Positions 54,023 to 63,218 of a DNA stretch of 64,000 nucleotides are shown piece by piece (within the stretch, counting starts at the first letter, position 1; each line of letters opens with the position of its first letter). A program made the translations under genes and the position numbers. The notes beneath the pieces are model-generated. The model was not told where the DNA came from. It saw only the letters and a list, made by a program, of their open reading frames with translations, and made no database searches. Origin of the DNA: Candidatus Sulfotelmatobacter sp. (GTDB lineage Bacteria; Acidobacteriota; Terriglobia; Terriglobales; Acidobacteriaceae); contig JBAVQD010000048.1 of assembly GCA_049693675.1 (NCBI GenBank), positions 2,324 to 66,323 on the forward strand. Reading direction: 5' to 3'.

Positions 54023-54922
54023 TTATTTGCTGACGAGGGAGTGGTAGGCCTGGATCAGTGCGGGGCCGATGGTGACGAAGAGGAACGGAACCAGAATGAA
54101 AATGACGAGTGGGGGGACCATTTTGATGGTGGTCTTGGCAGCTTGCTCTTCGGCGCGCTGGCGGCGGGCGGTGCGCAGGGAATCGGAATGAACGCGGAGA
54201 GCTTGCGCGATGCTGGTGCCGAAGCGGTCGGTCTGGATGAGAGTTCCGACTAAGGAGCGGATGTCATCGACGCCGGTGCGATCGACGAGATTGCGAAGAG
54301 CTTCGGCGCGAGGCTTGCCGGCGCGCATTTCGAGGTTGACCAGATGGAATTCGTCGCTGAGATCGGGATGGGCGTGGTGAAGATCCTTGCCGACACGCAT
54401 GAGAGCTTGATCGAGGGCGAGTCCGGCTTCTACGCAGATGACGGTGAGATCGAGAGCGTCGGGCAAAGCGATGCGGATGCGATGCTGACGGTCTTTGATC
54501 ATGCGTTTCAGCATGAAGCGTGGGACGAAGAAACCGAAGGCTGGGACGCAGACCAGCAGTGGGACGCTATTGACGCCGGAGAAAAGAATGACGCCGGCAA
54601 GGCCGACGAATGCCAGCATCATACGGGCGCCAAAATAAAAGCTGACGTGGCGGGATTCGCGAAGTCCGGCTTGGATGAGCCAGGCGCGAGTGCGGGAGAC
54701 GTCGGAGGGGGAAAGCGGAATCGCTTTGCTGAGGGGATCGAGAGCCTGCTCGATGCGCTCCCGAACTTTGACGGCGGGCTTTTCCTGGGCCACGGCGGAG
54801 TGGCCGCCGAGAGCGCGGAGGCGGGCTCCCAGCACGGAGCTGGGGGTAGCCGCAGCCGCGCCGAAGGCGAAGACCACCAGAACCACAGTGACGAACACGA
54901 TGATGGTGAGAATCAATGGCAT
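54023..54922 (-). CDS. tadC: Tad pilus inner-membrane platform protein TadC (T2SS F-like)
   Basis: 299-aa T2SSF-type pattern (LPDALDLTVICVEAGLALDQAL ... IQTDRFGTSIAQALRVHSDSLR). Last gene of the tad operon. Confidence 0.85.
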   Translation of the reverse strand: MPLILTIIVFVTVVLVVFAFGAAAATPSSVLGARLRALGGHSAVAQEKPAVKVRERIEQALDPLSKAIPLSPSDVSRTRAWLIQAGLRESRHVSFYFGARMMLAFVGLAGVILFSGVNSVPLLVCVPAFGFFVPRFMLKRMIKDRQHRIRIALPDALDLTVICVEAGLALDQALMRVGKDLHHAHPDLSDEFHLVNLEMRAGKPRAEALRNLVDRTGVDDIRSLVGTLIQTDRFGTSIAQALRVHSDSLRTARRQRAEEQAAKTTIKMVPPLVIFILVPFLFVTIGPALIQAYHSLVSK

Positions 54923-54946
54923 GTTAGATCTGAATCTGTTTTACCG

Positions 54947-55005
54947 CAGCGGCTTAAAGCCGCTCTAAAGCTGGGCGCTTTTGTCGCAGCGCTTAAAGCG
55001 CTGCG
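54947..55005. repeat. two REP-like hairpins with TTAAA loops in the tadB-tadC spacer
   Basis: agcggc-ttaaa-gccgct and cgcagcgc-ttaaa-gcgctgcg. Confidence 0.7.
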
Positions 55006-55061
55006 CCAACCAAGAAGCTGCTCTGCAGTCTCTCCCAAATGATTTATGCGACTTATGAACT

Positions 55062-56030
55062 TCATACCTGAATCTTAATGATCCTGCGGATCACGAAATA
55101 ACCAACTGTTTGCAGTGCAATGCTACCGACCAGCAGGATGTGGCCGATGGGATCGTAAAAGAGCGGGTGTACGAATTCCGGGCTGAAGATATAGAGAATG
55201 GTCAGCACGGTGGGGGGCATACCCATGAGGAGAGCCATGGTGAGGCGTCCCTGGGCGGTGTGAACGCGAACCTGGCGCTGAATCTTGAAACGCTCGCGAA
55301 TGACGTAGGACAAGTTGTCGAGAATTTCGGCGAGGTTGCCTCCGGTTTCGCGCTGCAGCATGACGGCGGTGACGAAGAATTTTACGTCAACCAGGGGGAT
55401 GCGCTCGGTGAGATTCATCAGAGCATCGCGGACGGGCATGCCGAACTTTTGTTCTTCGTAAAGTTTGCGGAATTCTGAGGCCAGGGGTTCGGTGGTTTCG
55501 TTGGAGATCATTTCCAGAGCGGTGGTGAAGGCGTGTCCAGCGCGGACGGCGCGGGCGAGGGTGTCGATGGCATCGGGGAAAAGTTCTTCGAATTTTTCGA
55601 AGCGTTTCTGGCGACGATAGGAGACAACCGAATAGGGAAGAAATGCGCCGATGACAAGCGCGGCCCACGCGATGGCGGCGTTGCGCGTGTAGAGGACGGT
55701 GGCGAGTCCGGTGCCGATGCCGCAGAGTACGCAGAGCAGAAGAAAATTTCCGGCGCGGAACTTCATACCCGCTTGCAAGAGGGCATCCTGCATAGCGGAG
55801 ACGCGTGCGGAGCGGCGCAGCAAAGTGTCGAAGGCAGGGATCTTGCTGAGTTGTTCATCGCGGAGCAGTGCGAGTTCTTCGTCGGGTTCGCGCTCCGGGG
55901 CTTTCTGGACGGTGGCCAAGCGGTCTTTGATGAGGCGAGCGCGGGCGTTGCGTTCGTCGAGCAGGGAGAAGGCGGCGAAGGCCGCGAGGGCGACGACGAT
56001 AAAGACGAGAATTGCGATCAGGAGCGGCAT
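55062..56030 (-). CDS. tadB: Tad pilus inner-membrane platform protein TadB (T2SS F-like)
   Basis: Start set at MPLLIAILVFIVVALAAF. FPDAIDTLARAVRAGHAFTTAL ... MLQRETGGNLAEILDNLSYVIRERF. Confidence 0.85.
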   Translation of the reverse strand: MPLLIAILVFIVVALAAFAAFSLLDERNARARLIKDRLATVQKAPEREPDEELALLRDEQLSKIPAFDTLLRRSARVSAMQDALLQAGMKFRAGNFLLLCVLCGIGTGLATVLYTRNAAIAWAALVIGAFLPYSVVSYRRQKRFEKFEELFPDAIDTLARAVRAGHAFTTALEMISNETTEPLASEFRKLYEEQKFGMPVRDALMNLTERIPLVDVKFFVTAVMLQRETGGNLAEILDNLSYVIRERFKIQRQVRVHTAQGRLTMALLMGMPPTVLTILYIFSPEFVHPLFYDPIGHILLVGSIALQTVGYFVIRRIIKIQV

Positions 56031-56141
56031 GGTGGTTGGCTCGACGGGTCGGTGGATCCGCAGGGTGAAAGCGATAAGGATGCGAGCCAAACGCGCGAGT
56101 ATTGTGTCGCAAAGAGCGCGACACATCGCGCGGCTCGCTCG

Positions 56142-56180
56142 GATCCTTCGCTGCGCAAAGAACGCTTGCTCAGGATGACA
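56142..56180. repeat. REP/MITE-like unit of the TGTCATCCTGAG...GAAGGATC family (reverse orientation) in the cpaF-tadB spacer
   Basis: gatccttcgctgcgcaaagaacgcttgctcaggatgaca. Same family as 46362..46401. Confidence 0.7.
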
Positions 56181-56216
56181 ACTTTATTTTTTCCCGCGAT
56201 CTTCAGATTTGGCTCC

Positions 56217-57515
56217 TTAGACTTCGGTTTTTGATTCGAAGAGTGCGGGACGCAGGCGGCCGCCGCCGGTGGCCAGGCGATCGGCAAACTGGGGGCGCAC
56301 TCCGGTGGCTTTGAAGCATCCGCGAATTTTTCCGTTTTCATCCACCGAACGACGTTCGAAGGTGAAAAGTTCCTGCATGGCGATCAGATCGTTCTCCATG
56401 CCGGTGACCTCGGAGATGGAGATCACTTTACGCGTTCCGTCGGATAAGCGCGCGACCTGTACGACGGCGTGAATGGCGGAGGCGATCTGGTGGCGCACGG
56501 CGCGCTCGGGAATGTTCAGATTCGCCATGGAGACCATGTTCTCGACGCGGGCGAGCGCGTCGCGGACGGAGTTGGCGTGAATCGTAGTAAGCGAACCTTC
56601 GTGGCCGGTGTTCATGGCCTGCAACATGTCGAAGGCTTCTTCGCCGCGGACCTCGCCGACGACGATGCGGTCGGGGCGCATACGCAAACTGTTGATGACG
56701 AGCTGGCGCATGCGGACGGCGCCTTTGCCTTCGATGTTGGGCGCACGAGTTTCGAGGCGGACGATGTGTTCTTGTTTGAGCTGCAGTTCGGCGGCGTCTT
56801 CGATGGTGACGATGCGCTCGACGTTGGGAATGTAGCCGGAGAGAACATTGAGCAGAGTGGTTTTGCCGGCGCCAGTACCTCCGGAGATGAGGAGATTCAG
56901 CTTTCCTTTGACCATCACGGAGAGCAATTCGAGCATGGCTTCGGTGAGGGTGTGATTCTCCAGCATATTGCGGGCGGTTACGGGATCGCGGCCGAAACGC
57001 CGGATGGAGAGGCAGGCGCCGTCAAGGGCGAGCGGAGGAATGATGGCGTTGACGCGGGAGCCATCGGCGAGGCGGGCGTCGACCATGGGAGAAGATTCAT
57101 CGACCCGGCGGCCCACGCGGGAGACGATGCGTTCGATGATCTGCATAAGGTGAGGATTATCTTTGAAGGACAGGCCTGTAAGTTCAAGCTTGCCGGCGCG
57201 CTCGATGTAAACCCGGTCGAAACGGTTGACCAGAATATCGGAGATGGTGTGATCTTTGAGCAAAGGTTCGAGCGGACCGAGGCCGAATATCTCGTCGAGA
57301 ATTTCGCGGGAGAGGCGCTCCCGTTCGGCGAAGCTGAGAGGAACGGCCTCGTTGTTGACTGCGTTCCGGATGAGAACGAGAACTTCTTCACGGGCGGCGT
57401 CGCCGTTGGAGCGGCCGAGTTTTTCGAGATCGAGGCGATCGAGGATTTTGCGGTGCAGGTCGGATTTTACCTGCTGGTATTGGCTATGCTCGAAGGTTTG
57501 TTGCAGGTTACCCAT
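56217..57515 (-). CDS. cpaF: Tad pilus secretion ATPase CpaF/TadA
   Basis: Walker [61 protein letters not shown]. Confidence 0.9.
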   Translation of the reverse strand: MGNLQQTFEHSQYQQVKSDLHRKILDRLDLEKLGRSNGDAAREEVLVLIRNAVNNEAVPLSFAERERLSREILDEIFGLGPLEPLLKDHTISDILVNRFDRVYIERAGKLELTGLSFKDNPHLMQIIERIVSRVGRRVDESSPMVDARLADGSRVNAIIPPLALDGACLSIRRFGRDPVTARNMLENHTLTEAMLELLSVMVKGKLNLLISGGTGAGKTTLLNVLSGYIPNVERIVTIEDAAELQLKQEHIVRLETRAPNIEGKGAVRMRQLVINSLRMRPDRIVVGEVRGEEAFDMLQAMNTGHEGSLTTIHANSVRDALARVENMVSMANLNIPERAVRHQIASAIHAVVQVARLSDGTRKVISISEVTGMENDLIAMQELFTFERRSVDENGKIRGCFKATGVRPQFADRLATGGGRLRPALFESKTEV

Positions 57516-57608
57516 ATCGTCTGGAGGACCTAGCCTCAGCGGCTAAAGCCGGTTACTTTTTCTCCTGCAGCTTGCCGTTCAATCTCGGACTTACATCTGA
57601 GGTCAAAA

Positions 57609-57652
57609 CCCCCGCCCTGTCTCTCCAAAGAACGGCGAGACAAGGACGGGGC
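57609..57652. repeat. REP-like palindrome in the cpaE-cpaF spacer
   Basis: ccccgccctgtctc ... gagacaaggacgggg. Confidence 0.6.
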
Positions 57653-57672
57653 ACCCTTTGCGACTTTTAAGT

Positions 57673-58845
57673 TCATACGCTCTTGAATAAGGACCAGGCG
57701 GCGCGTTTTACATCCACGTCGTTGCTGGTCAGTTCTTGTGCCAGCCCGGAAAAGCAACGGGCTATATCGGTATGACTTTGTTCCATGACCGGCGAGCCGC
57801 GATCGATGGCCGAAGAGATGGCGAAATATTGATTGGGGACGCGCCATAGCAATTTTACTCCCGCGGCGTTTTCGGCGTCGGATTCGGTGAAGCCGGGGAC
57901 TTTTCGAAAACGGTTGAGGACGAGGCGCAGGCGCTCGCGGTTGCCGGTTTCTCCGAGATATTGTTGGACGCGGGCGGCGCTCCACAGGGATGCCACGTCG
58001 GTACAGGCGACGAGCAGTACACACTCCGATAGATTCGAGACCAGTCGGCTAGCGGCGTCGAGGCGGGAAGAATTGTCGACGACGACGTATTTGTAATGCC
58101 CGACCAGCATGTCGAAGAGGCGGACAAATTCGGCGGTGGAGGGTTCGATAGCGGCGGGGGCGTTAGTTCCGGCGAGCAGTTGCAGGCCGCCGCTGTGGCG
58201 GGTCATGAAACTCTCGAGCAGGGAACTATCCATGCGGTGAAGATTGCGGGTGGCGTCGGAAATATTGAACAGAGGCTTGAGATTGAGATGCAGGGCGGTA
58301 TGGCCGAGCGGGGCGAGATCGACGAGAGCGGTGGATCCATGGGCTGATTGCAGGGCAAGTGCGAGATTGACGGCCACGGTGGTGGCTCCGCTGCCGCCTT
58401 TGGCGTTGACAATAGTAAAGACCTTGCCGCGCGGGCCTTCTTTGTGCACCCGGCGCTGGGCCGCGGTGAGACGAACAAAAGCCTCGAGCAGATCAGTGGT
58501 AGTGGTGGGACGCTCGATGAATTCGCGAGCGCCGGCGCGCATCGCGCTGACGATTACCTGAGGCTGGCTCAGGCTTCCGATGGCGAAGACGGCGGAATCG
58601 GGAAGTTCCTGGCGAAGAAGTTCGATGGCGCGCATGGCCGGGGCAGAGTTGTCCATGGGAATATCGACCAGAAGGACATCCGGATTGGCGGCCTGGACGC
58701 GGCGCATGATGGGATCGGAGCCGGCGACGGGGAAGTTGGCGCAAGTATGCACGGTGCTGGCCACGCTGGTACCGTCGACCAACACCTGGAGCACGGTGCG
58801 CTGCTCGTTATCGGTGGCGACGATGACTACGGTGAGTTCTGGCAT
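57673..58845 (-). CDS. cpaE: Tad pilus assembly protein CpaE/TadZ (receiver-like N-domain plus MinD/ParA-type ATPase)
   Basis: Start set at MPELTVVIVATDN. Deviant Walker A IVNAKGGSGATTVAVNLA. Confidence 0.85.
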   Translation of the reverse strand: MPELTVVIVATDNEQRTVLQVLVDGTSVASTVHTCANFPVAGSDPIMRRVQAANPDVLLVDIPMDNSAPAMRAIELLRQELPDSAVFAIGSLSQPQVIVSAMRAGAREFIERPTTTTDLLEAFVRLTAAQRRVHKEGPRGKVFTIVNAKGGSGATTVAVNLALALQSAHGSTALVDLAPLGHTALHLNLKPLFNISDATRNLHRMDSSLLESFMTRHSGGLQLLAGTNAPAAIEPSTAEFVRLFDMLVGHYKYVVVDNSSRLDAASRLVSNLSECVLLVACTDVASLWSAARVQQYLGETGNRERLRLVLNRFRKVPGFTESDAENAAGVKLLWRVPNQYFAISSAIDRGSPVMEQSHTDIARCFSGLAQELTSNDVDVKRAAWSLFKSV

Positions 58846-58850
58846 GTGCG

Positions 58851-58890
58851 GACTTCCAATTTCCAATTTCCGACTTCCAATTTCCAATTG
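58851..58890. repeat. two 19-bp direct repeats (21-bp period) immediately upstream of the cpaE start
   Basis: gacttccaatttccaattt cc gacttccaatttccaattg. Confidence 0.8.
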
Positions 58891-58905
58891 TTAAATTGTT
58901 GCTCC

Positions 58906-60330
58906 TTACTTTCCTGACGGTTTGGGTTTAGTTCCATCGAATTTGTCGTTGTTGATAAAGGGTTGCGGATTCGCGGGCCCCGGCGCGGGCTGATTGTCGG
59001 GTGAGATCTTGTGCACGGTGCAAAGGACCATCAGCTCCGAGTTGCTTTTGGAGATGTTCTTACTTTTGAAAAAAGCGCCCAGGATTGGAATATCACCCAG
59101 GCCAGGAATTTTGTTCCAGGTGTCGGTGACGCGATTATCGATTAATCCGGCGATGACGAAGCTCTGTCCATCGCGCAATTCGAATTCGGTTTCCGCTTTG
59201 CGGGTGCTCAGGGCGGGGACCGTGAAACCGGAGATGGTGAGCGCGTCGGCGAAATCGAGAGTGCTGACTTCAGGCGCGACCACGAGATGAATGTTGCCGT
59301 TGGGCATGATCACGGGAGTGAATTCAAGTTTGACGCCAAATTCCTTGAAGGAAATGGTGACAGCAGTGAATCCCTGGCCGGGTTGTACGATGGGGAAGGG
59401 GAACTGGCCTCCGGCGAGGAAGCTGGCCTTTTTGCCATTCACGGCGATGAGATTGGGTTCGGACAAAATCTGAAGAAGATTCTTGGTTTGCAGAGCCTGG
59501 ATCACTGCGCCCAGGTGAATATTGGGTTGAAAGAGAAACAAGTTGAGCACGCTGCTGAGAGTTTCCGTGGCGGGAAACGGAGTGCTTTGTCCTTGCGTTT
59601 GGGTGATGGATGGAGGACTAAAGCCGCCGTACTGGCCGGTAGTGGAAGTTCCGATGACATTGGCAGCGCCGGTAGAGAAAACATTGGCGCCGAGTTGAGT
59701 GAGGGCGGAGCGGTCGACTTCTGCGAACTTTACTTCGAGAAGAACTTCCTGTGCGCCGACGGGACCGAAGGTAAGGACGTTAATTACATTTTTGGAGTAG
59801 GCGGAGGCGAGTTCTCCAGCGCGCTTGGCAACGTCTTCGGTGGTGACGTGGCCGGAGAGAACGATGGCGGCGCGGGAGGGTGAGACGGAAATCTGTTCGT
59901 CGGGAAAGACGCGACGCTCTTCTTCGGCGCAGGCGCTGACATCGACATCGACGCGGAGATCGAAGCTGCGGGAGCGTTCGTTTTCATCCCAGATCAGCAG
60001 GGAGACTTCGCCGGGGGCAAGGCCGTGGACGAGAATCTGGGTGGGAGTGATGACGCGCACCGTGGCGATGGTGGGATCGGTGACCGAGATTCGTTTGAGG
60101 CGCTCGGTGGTATTGATGAGAAGTGATTTATCGACCATGACGCGAAGTGGGGCCGAGCCTTGCGGCTGCGACGACTGAGGGGGAAGGGTGGTCTGGCTGG
60201 AGTGATTGACTTCTTCCTGCGGCGGGGGAGGGGCAGGGGCGTTGGGCTCCTGCAAGGAAGCAAGAGCAAAGGACGTGGTGAGAAATAGGAACAGGGCGAT
60301 GGCTGTCAAAAGTGTCGCGCGAAACTTCAT
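58906..60330 (-). CDS. cpaC: Tad pilus secretin CpaC/RcpA
   Basis: Start set at MKFRATLLTAIALFLFL (signal peptide). Secretin motifs LLEVKFAEV, GGQFPFP, IPGLGDIPILGAFFKS. Confidence 0.9.
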   Translation of the reverse strand: MKFRATLLTAIALFLFLTTSFALASLQEPNAPAPPPPQEEVNHSSQTTLPPQSSQPQGSAPLRVMVDKSLLINTTERLKRISVTDPTIATVRVITPTQILVHGLAPGEVSLLIWDENERSRSFDLRVDVDVSACAEEERRVFPDEQISVSPSRAAIVLSGHVTTEDVAKRAGELASAYSKNVINVLTFGPVGAQEVLLEVKFAEVDRSALTQLGANVFSTGAANVIGTSTTGQYGGFSPPSITQTQGQSTPFPATETLSSVLNLFLFQPNIHLGAVIQALQTKNLLQILSEPNLIAVNGKKASFLAGGQFPFPIVQPGQGFTAVTISFKEFGVKLEFTPVIMPNGNIHLVVAPEVSTLDFADALTISGFTVPALSTRKAETEFELRDGQSFVIAGLIDNRVTDTWNKIPGLGDIPILGAFFKSKNISKSNSELMVLCTVHKISPDNQPAPGPANPQPFINNDKFDGTKPKPSGK

Positions 60331-60402
60331 CGTATGATTCGTCTCCACGGGAGAGAGCCGGCAATGCAGCACTGAGACACGCATGCAAGATTCGTCTTTC
60401 AA

Positions 60403-61263
60403 CTATTTGGGCTCCTCACTACCTTCGGGGAAGTTGACGACCTCTTTTTTCTTGTCTCCCTGATAAACCTCAATACCCAGGATGGAAGCGGGCTGGGGTT
60501 GAACTTTCGGCGGCCTTGCGGAATGCACGCGCGGGGTGGGCGCAGCGGCGACGGGAGTTCCACCTCGGTAGAGTCCTTTGGCATTGACTGCGCCGACATC
60601 GTCCTGGCGAGTATCGAGGGGATTGCGCAGGGCGAGTTGGATCCGGCCTTCGGCGCTGGCAAGAGTGAGGCGTTCGGCATCGTCGGGAGAAACCAGAACC
60701 GTGATGACGGGGGTGTTTTGGGCATCGCCGGCAGCGTTGCGCTCGAGGCGCTGGCCGGAGGCGATGACGGCGACGTTCTGCAACACGGTGGTGGTTTGAT
60801 CTTCGGTGCTGCCGTTGGGAGTTCCGGTGAGGAGTATATCGACGCGAGTGCCGGGACCGACGAAGCCGGCGACGGAGACGACCTCATTGACGCGGACGGA
60901 AACGGCGCGCATTCCGGGAGGAATAAGGGAGGGCAAACCGGAGCCGGCATTTTCCGGCGCGAGCTTGCTGGGGAGGATGAACTCGCCTTTGGAGATGGGG
61001 AGGATTACGCCGCGGCCCATGACCTTGGAGCGTGCGCTGTAGGTTCCGGAGGGTAGGGATGAGGCCGGATACTTGACGGCGCGAACATCGTGCTCTTCGA
61101 TTCGGGCGCCGACCTGAATGTCATCGGCTGCGACCAGAACATCTACTCCTGGCTCGCCACTGGAAGCGCCTTTTCCCTGCAGATTTTTATAGACGAACAG
61201 GCTGACGAAGGCGCCCAGGGCCAGGGCGACGACTCCGATCATCAGCAAACGCGTACGATTCAT
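60403..61263 (-). CDS. cpaB: Flp pilus assembly protein CpaB/RcpC
   Basis: N-terminal TM segment MNRTRLLMIGVVALALGAFVSLFVY. SAF-like VLVAADDIQVGARIEEHDV. Position between flp and cpaC. Confidence 0.85.
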   Translation of the reverse strand: MNRTRLLMIGVVALALGAFVSLFVYKNLQGKGASSGEPGVDVLVAADDIQVGARIEEHDVRAVKYPASSLPSGTYSARSKVMGRGVILPISKGEFILPSKLAPENAGSGLPSLIPPGMRAVSVRVNEVVSVAGFVGPGTRVDILLTGTPNGSTEDQTTTVLQNVAVIASGQRLERNAAGDAQNTPVITVLVSPDDAERLTLASAEGRIQLALRNPLDTRQDDVGAVNAKGLYRGGTPVAAAPTPRVHSARPPKVQPQPASILGIEVYQGDKKKEVVNFPEGSEEPK

Positions 61264-61363
61264 AGCACTCCGTTACGAACAGCAGGGACGACAATGCGCA
61301 CCGGAAATTCGGTGGTCAATCCCGCTGCGTTACGCCGGAAGAAATTTGTTACTGAGCAAAATC

Positions 61364-61525
61364 TTACTGAATGGAACTGGCGACGTTTGAAAACACGTTG
61401 TTCGCATTCGAGCCAATCAGCCGGACGGTGCCGACGACGATGACCAGGATGACGGCTAGCATCACAGCATATTCGGCAATGTCCTGGCCTTGGTCGTCGC
61501 GCCAGAGCCTGTAAAGATGTTGCAT
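61364..61525 (-). CDS. flp: Flp/Fap family type IVb pilin (53 aa), operon copy
   Basis: MQHLYRLWRDDQGQDIAEYAVMLAVILVIVVGTVRLIGSNANNVFSNVASSIQ*. AGGAGA SD upstream. Start moved inward from the 73-aa ORF. Confidence 0.85.
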   Translation of the reverse strand: MQHLYRLWRDDQGQDIAEYAVMLAVILVIVVGTVRLIGSNANNVFSNVASSIQ

Positions 61526-61550
61526 AGTGTTGTCTCCTAAAAAGAAAACA

Positions 61551-63218
61551 TCAGAGTTTGTACTGGAAATTGAAAGCGCGCACAAGCGTCGGCCTCCGGA
61601 GAACCATTACCGGTTGCTTGCTTTGTTCTGCGGAGGATTGTTCAGAATATAAACCATAATAGGGAGGGAATTGGCCAAAAGTGTAATTAATTGCATACCG
61701 AGAGTAACCGGTATGGCACGGCGGGAATCGAGCTTCGCTCGATCGGACGGCCGAGGGCGGCTGTCCCGGCATAGCGATGGCGATGGTAGGGAGTCTTGTC
61801 AGGATAATGGCTTGGGAATCCTGGTAGGAGGTGGTCCAACCGGGGGCGCTTTGCAGGCCGACGGCCAGAGCGGAGGTTGGGGGGACGATGACGGTCTGGA
61901 TATTCCAGCTCTGGAGGATTTGCTGCCAGTGGTTTTTGAATTGGTAGGCGTCGGCGAAATCGTGGAAGAGATCGGGGCCGTAGAGGTCGGCGCGGCCGTC
62001 GATGAAAACCGGGGTGGTGGGATAGAGCTTCCAGATGAGATAGCCGCCCCAATCGTAGAGGTTGAAGATGGGGCCGGCGGGAGGATGTTGCTGGAGAAAG
62101 GCGACGGCGCGGGCGGGAAATTCTGAAGTCTCGGCTTCGCTCTGGTGACGGATTACCTGGGAGATTCGGACGATCGCGAAGGTGGTCATTGCGAAGATGA
62201 TGGTTGCGTTGAGCGATGCGCGAAAATTACCGCGAGGGTGGGGACGTGAGCGAGGCCAGTTTCCGAGACGTTTCGCGATTAGCGGCGTGGCGATCAAGAC
62301 GAAAAGCGGGATCATGCGGATGGAAATGAGGCTGGCATAAAGGGCGACGAGAAGAAGGATCAGATCGCGCGGGCGCAGCGGAGTTTGCGACCAGCAGAGA
62401 GTGGCGAACGTGGCCAGCAGGATCAGGAGGAAGGGCCAGTACTCCGGGCGGTGGAAATTGGGAGAAGCCCATTCCACGATGTAGTTCTGCATGGTAGTGG
62501 AGCGCAAGGTTTCGAGGGGATAGGAGAACATGCGCAGGACGTTGGGATTCAGCGGTACGAGGGCGAGATCGAGAAGAAGGATGAGCGCTGCCTGTGGGAG
62601 ATGCGAATTAGTCCTGGGAAAAGAGCTGTGACGTTGTGCGAGACGATGCTCGATGAAATCGCCGGCGAGAAAAAGTGCGGAGAGGACTAGACCTAAGGCG
62701 AACCCGGCGTGCAGGTTGACCCAAAGAAGGGTGAGCGGAAGAGTCCACCAGAGAACTTCGGGATTATTCTCGGAGCGCTCGAGAATCAGGAGCCAGAGGC
62801 TGGTCAAGAGCAGGGAAATAATTTGCGGACGGACTCCCCAGAGCGGCGCAGCTGCCCAGGCGGCGCAGAGCGTGGCGATGCCGGCGAGGTAGGGAGCGGG
62901 TCCGCAGCGCAGGTAGAGAAGGAAAAATGCGATGGTTGTGATTGCGGCGAAGAGGACGATGAGAGAACTGAATCCGTCATGGAGTTGAAGTTCGTACATT
63001 CCGAGTTCGGTGAGCCATTCGTGAGCGACCCAGGGGTGACCGGCTCGAGTGTAGGAAAAAGGATCGGTGTGAGGAACCGATTTGTGTTGGGCGATGTACT
63101 CACCGGTTTTGAGGTGCCACCAGACATCGGGATCGACGACATTGCGCGCCGTCATGGCGAAGAGCCCAAGGAAGAGGACGGCGAGGAACGTGTGTTTTGT
63201 GGTGAGGGTGGAGGTCAT
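61551..63218 (-). CDS. polytopic membrane protein, GT-C-fold glycosyltransferase-like (function uncertain)
   Basis: 555 aa with more than 10 TM segments. First-loop motif VVDPDVWWHLKTGEYI...DPFSYT...HEWL. Stop lies 25 nt upstream of the flp start. Confidence 0.7.
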   Translation of the reverse strand: MTSTLTTKHTFLAVLFLGLFAMTARNVVDPDVWWHLKTGEYIAQHKSVPHTDPFSYTRAGHPWVAHEWLTELGMYELQLHDGFSSLIVLFAAITTIAFFLLYLRCGPAPYLAGIATLCAAWAAAPLWGVRPQIISLLLTSLWLLILERSENNPEVLWWTLPLTLLWVNLHAGFALGLVLSALFLAGDFIEHRLAQRHSSFPRTNSHLPQAALILLLDLALVPLNPNVLRMFSYPLETLRSTTMQNYIVEWASPNFHRPEYWPFLLILLATFATLCWSQTPLRPRDLILLLVALYASLISIRMIPLFVLIATPLIAKRLGNWPRSRPHPRGNFRASLNATIIFAMTTFAIVRISQVIRHQSEAETSEFPARAVAFLQQHPPAGPIFNLYDWGGYLIWKLYPTTPVFIDGRADLYGPDLFHDFADAYQFKNHWQQILQSWNIQTVIVPPTSALAVGLQSAPGWTTSYQDSQAIILTRLPTIAIAMPGQPPSAVRSSEARFPPCHTGYSRYAINYTFGQFPPYYGLYSEQSSAEQSKQPVMVLRRPTLVRAFNFQYKL

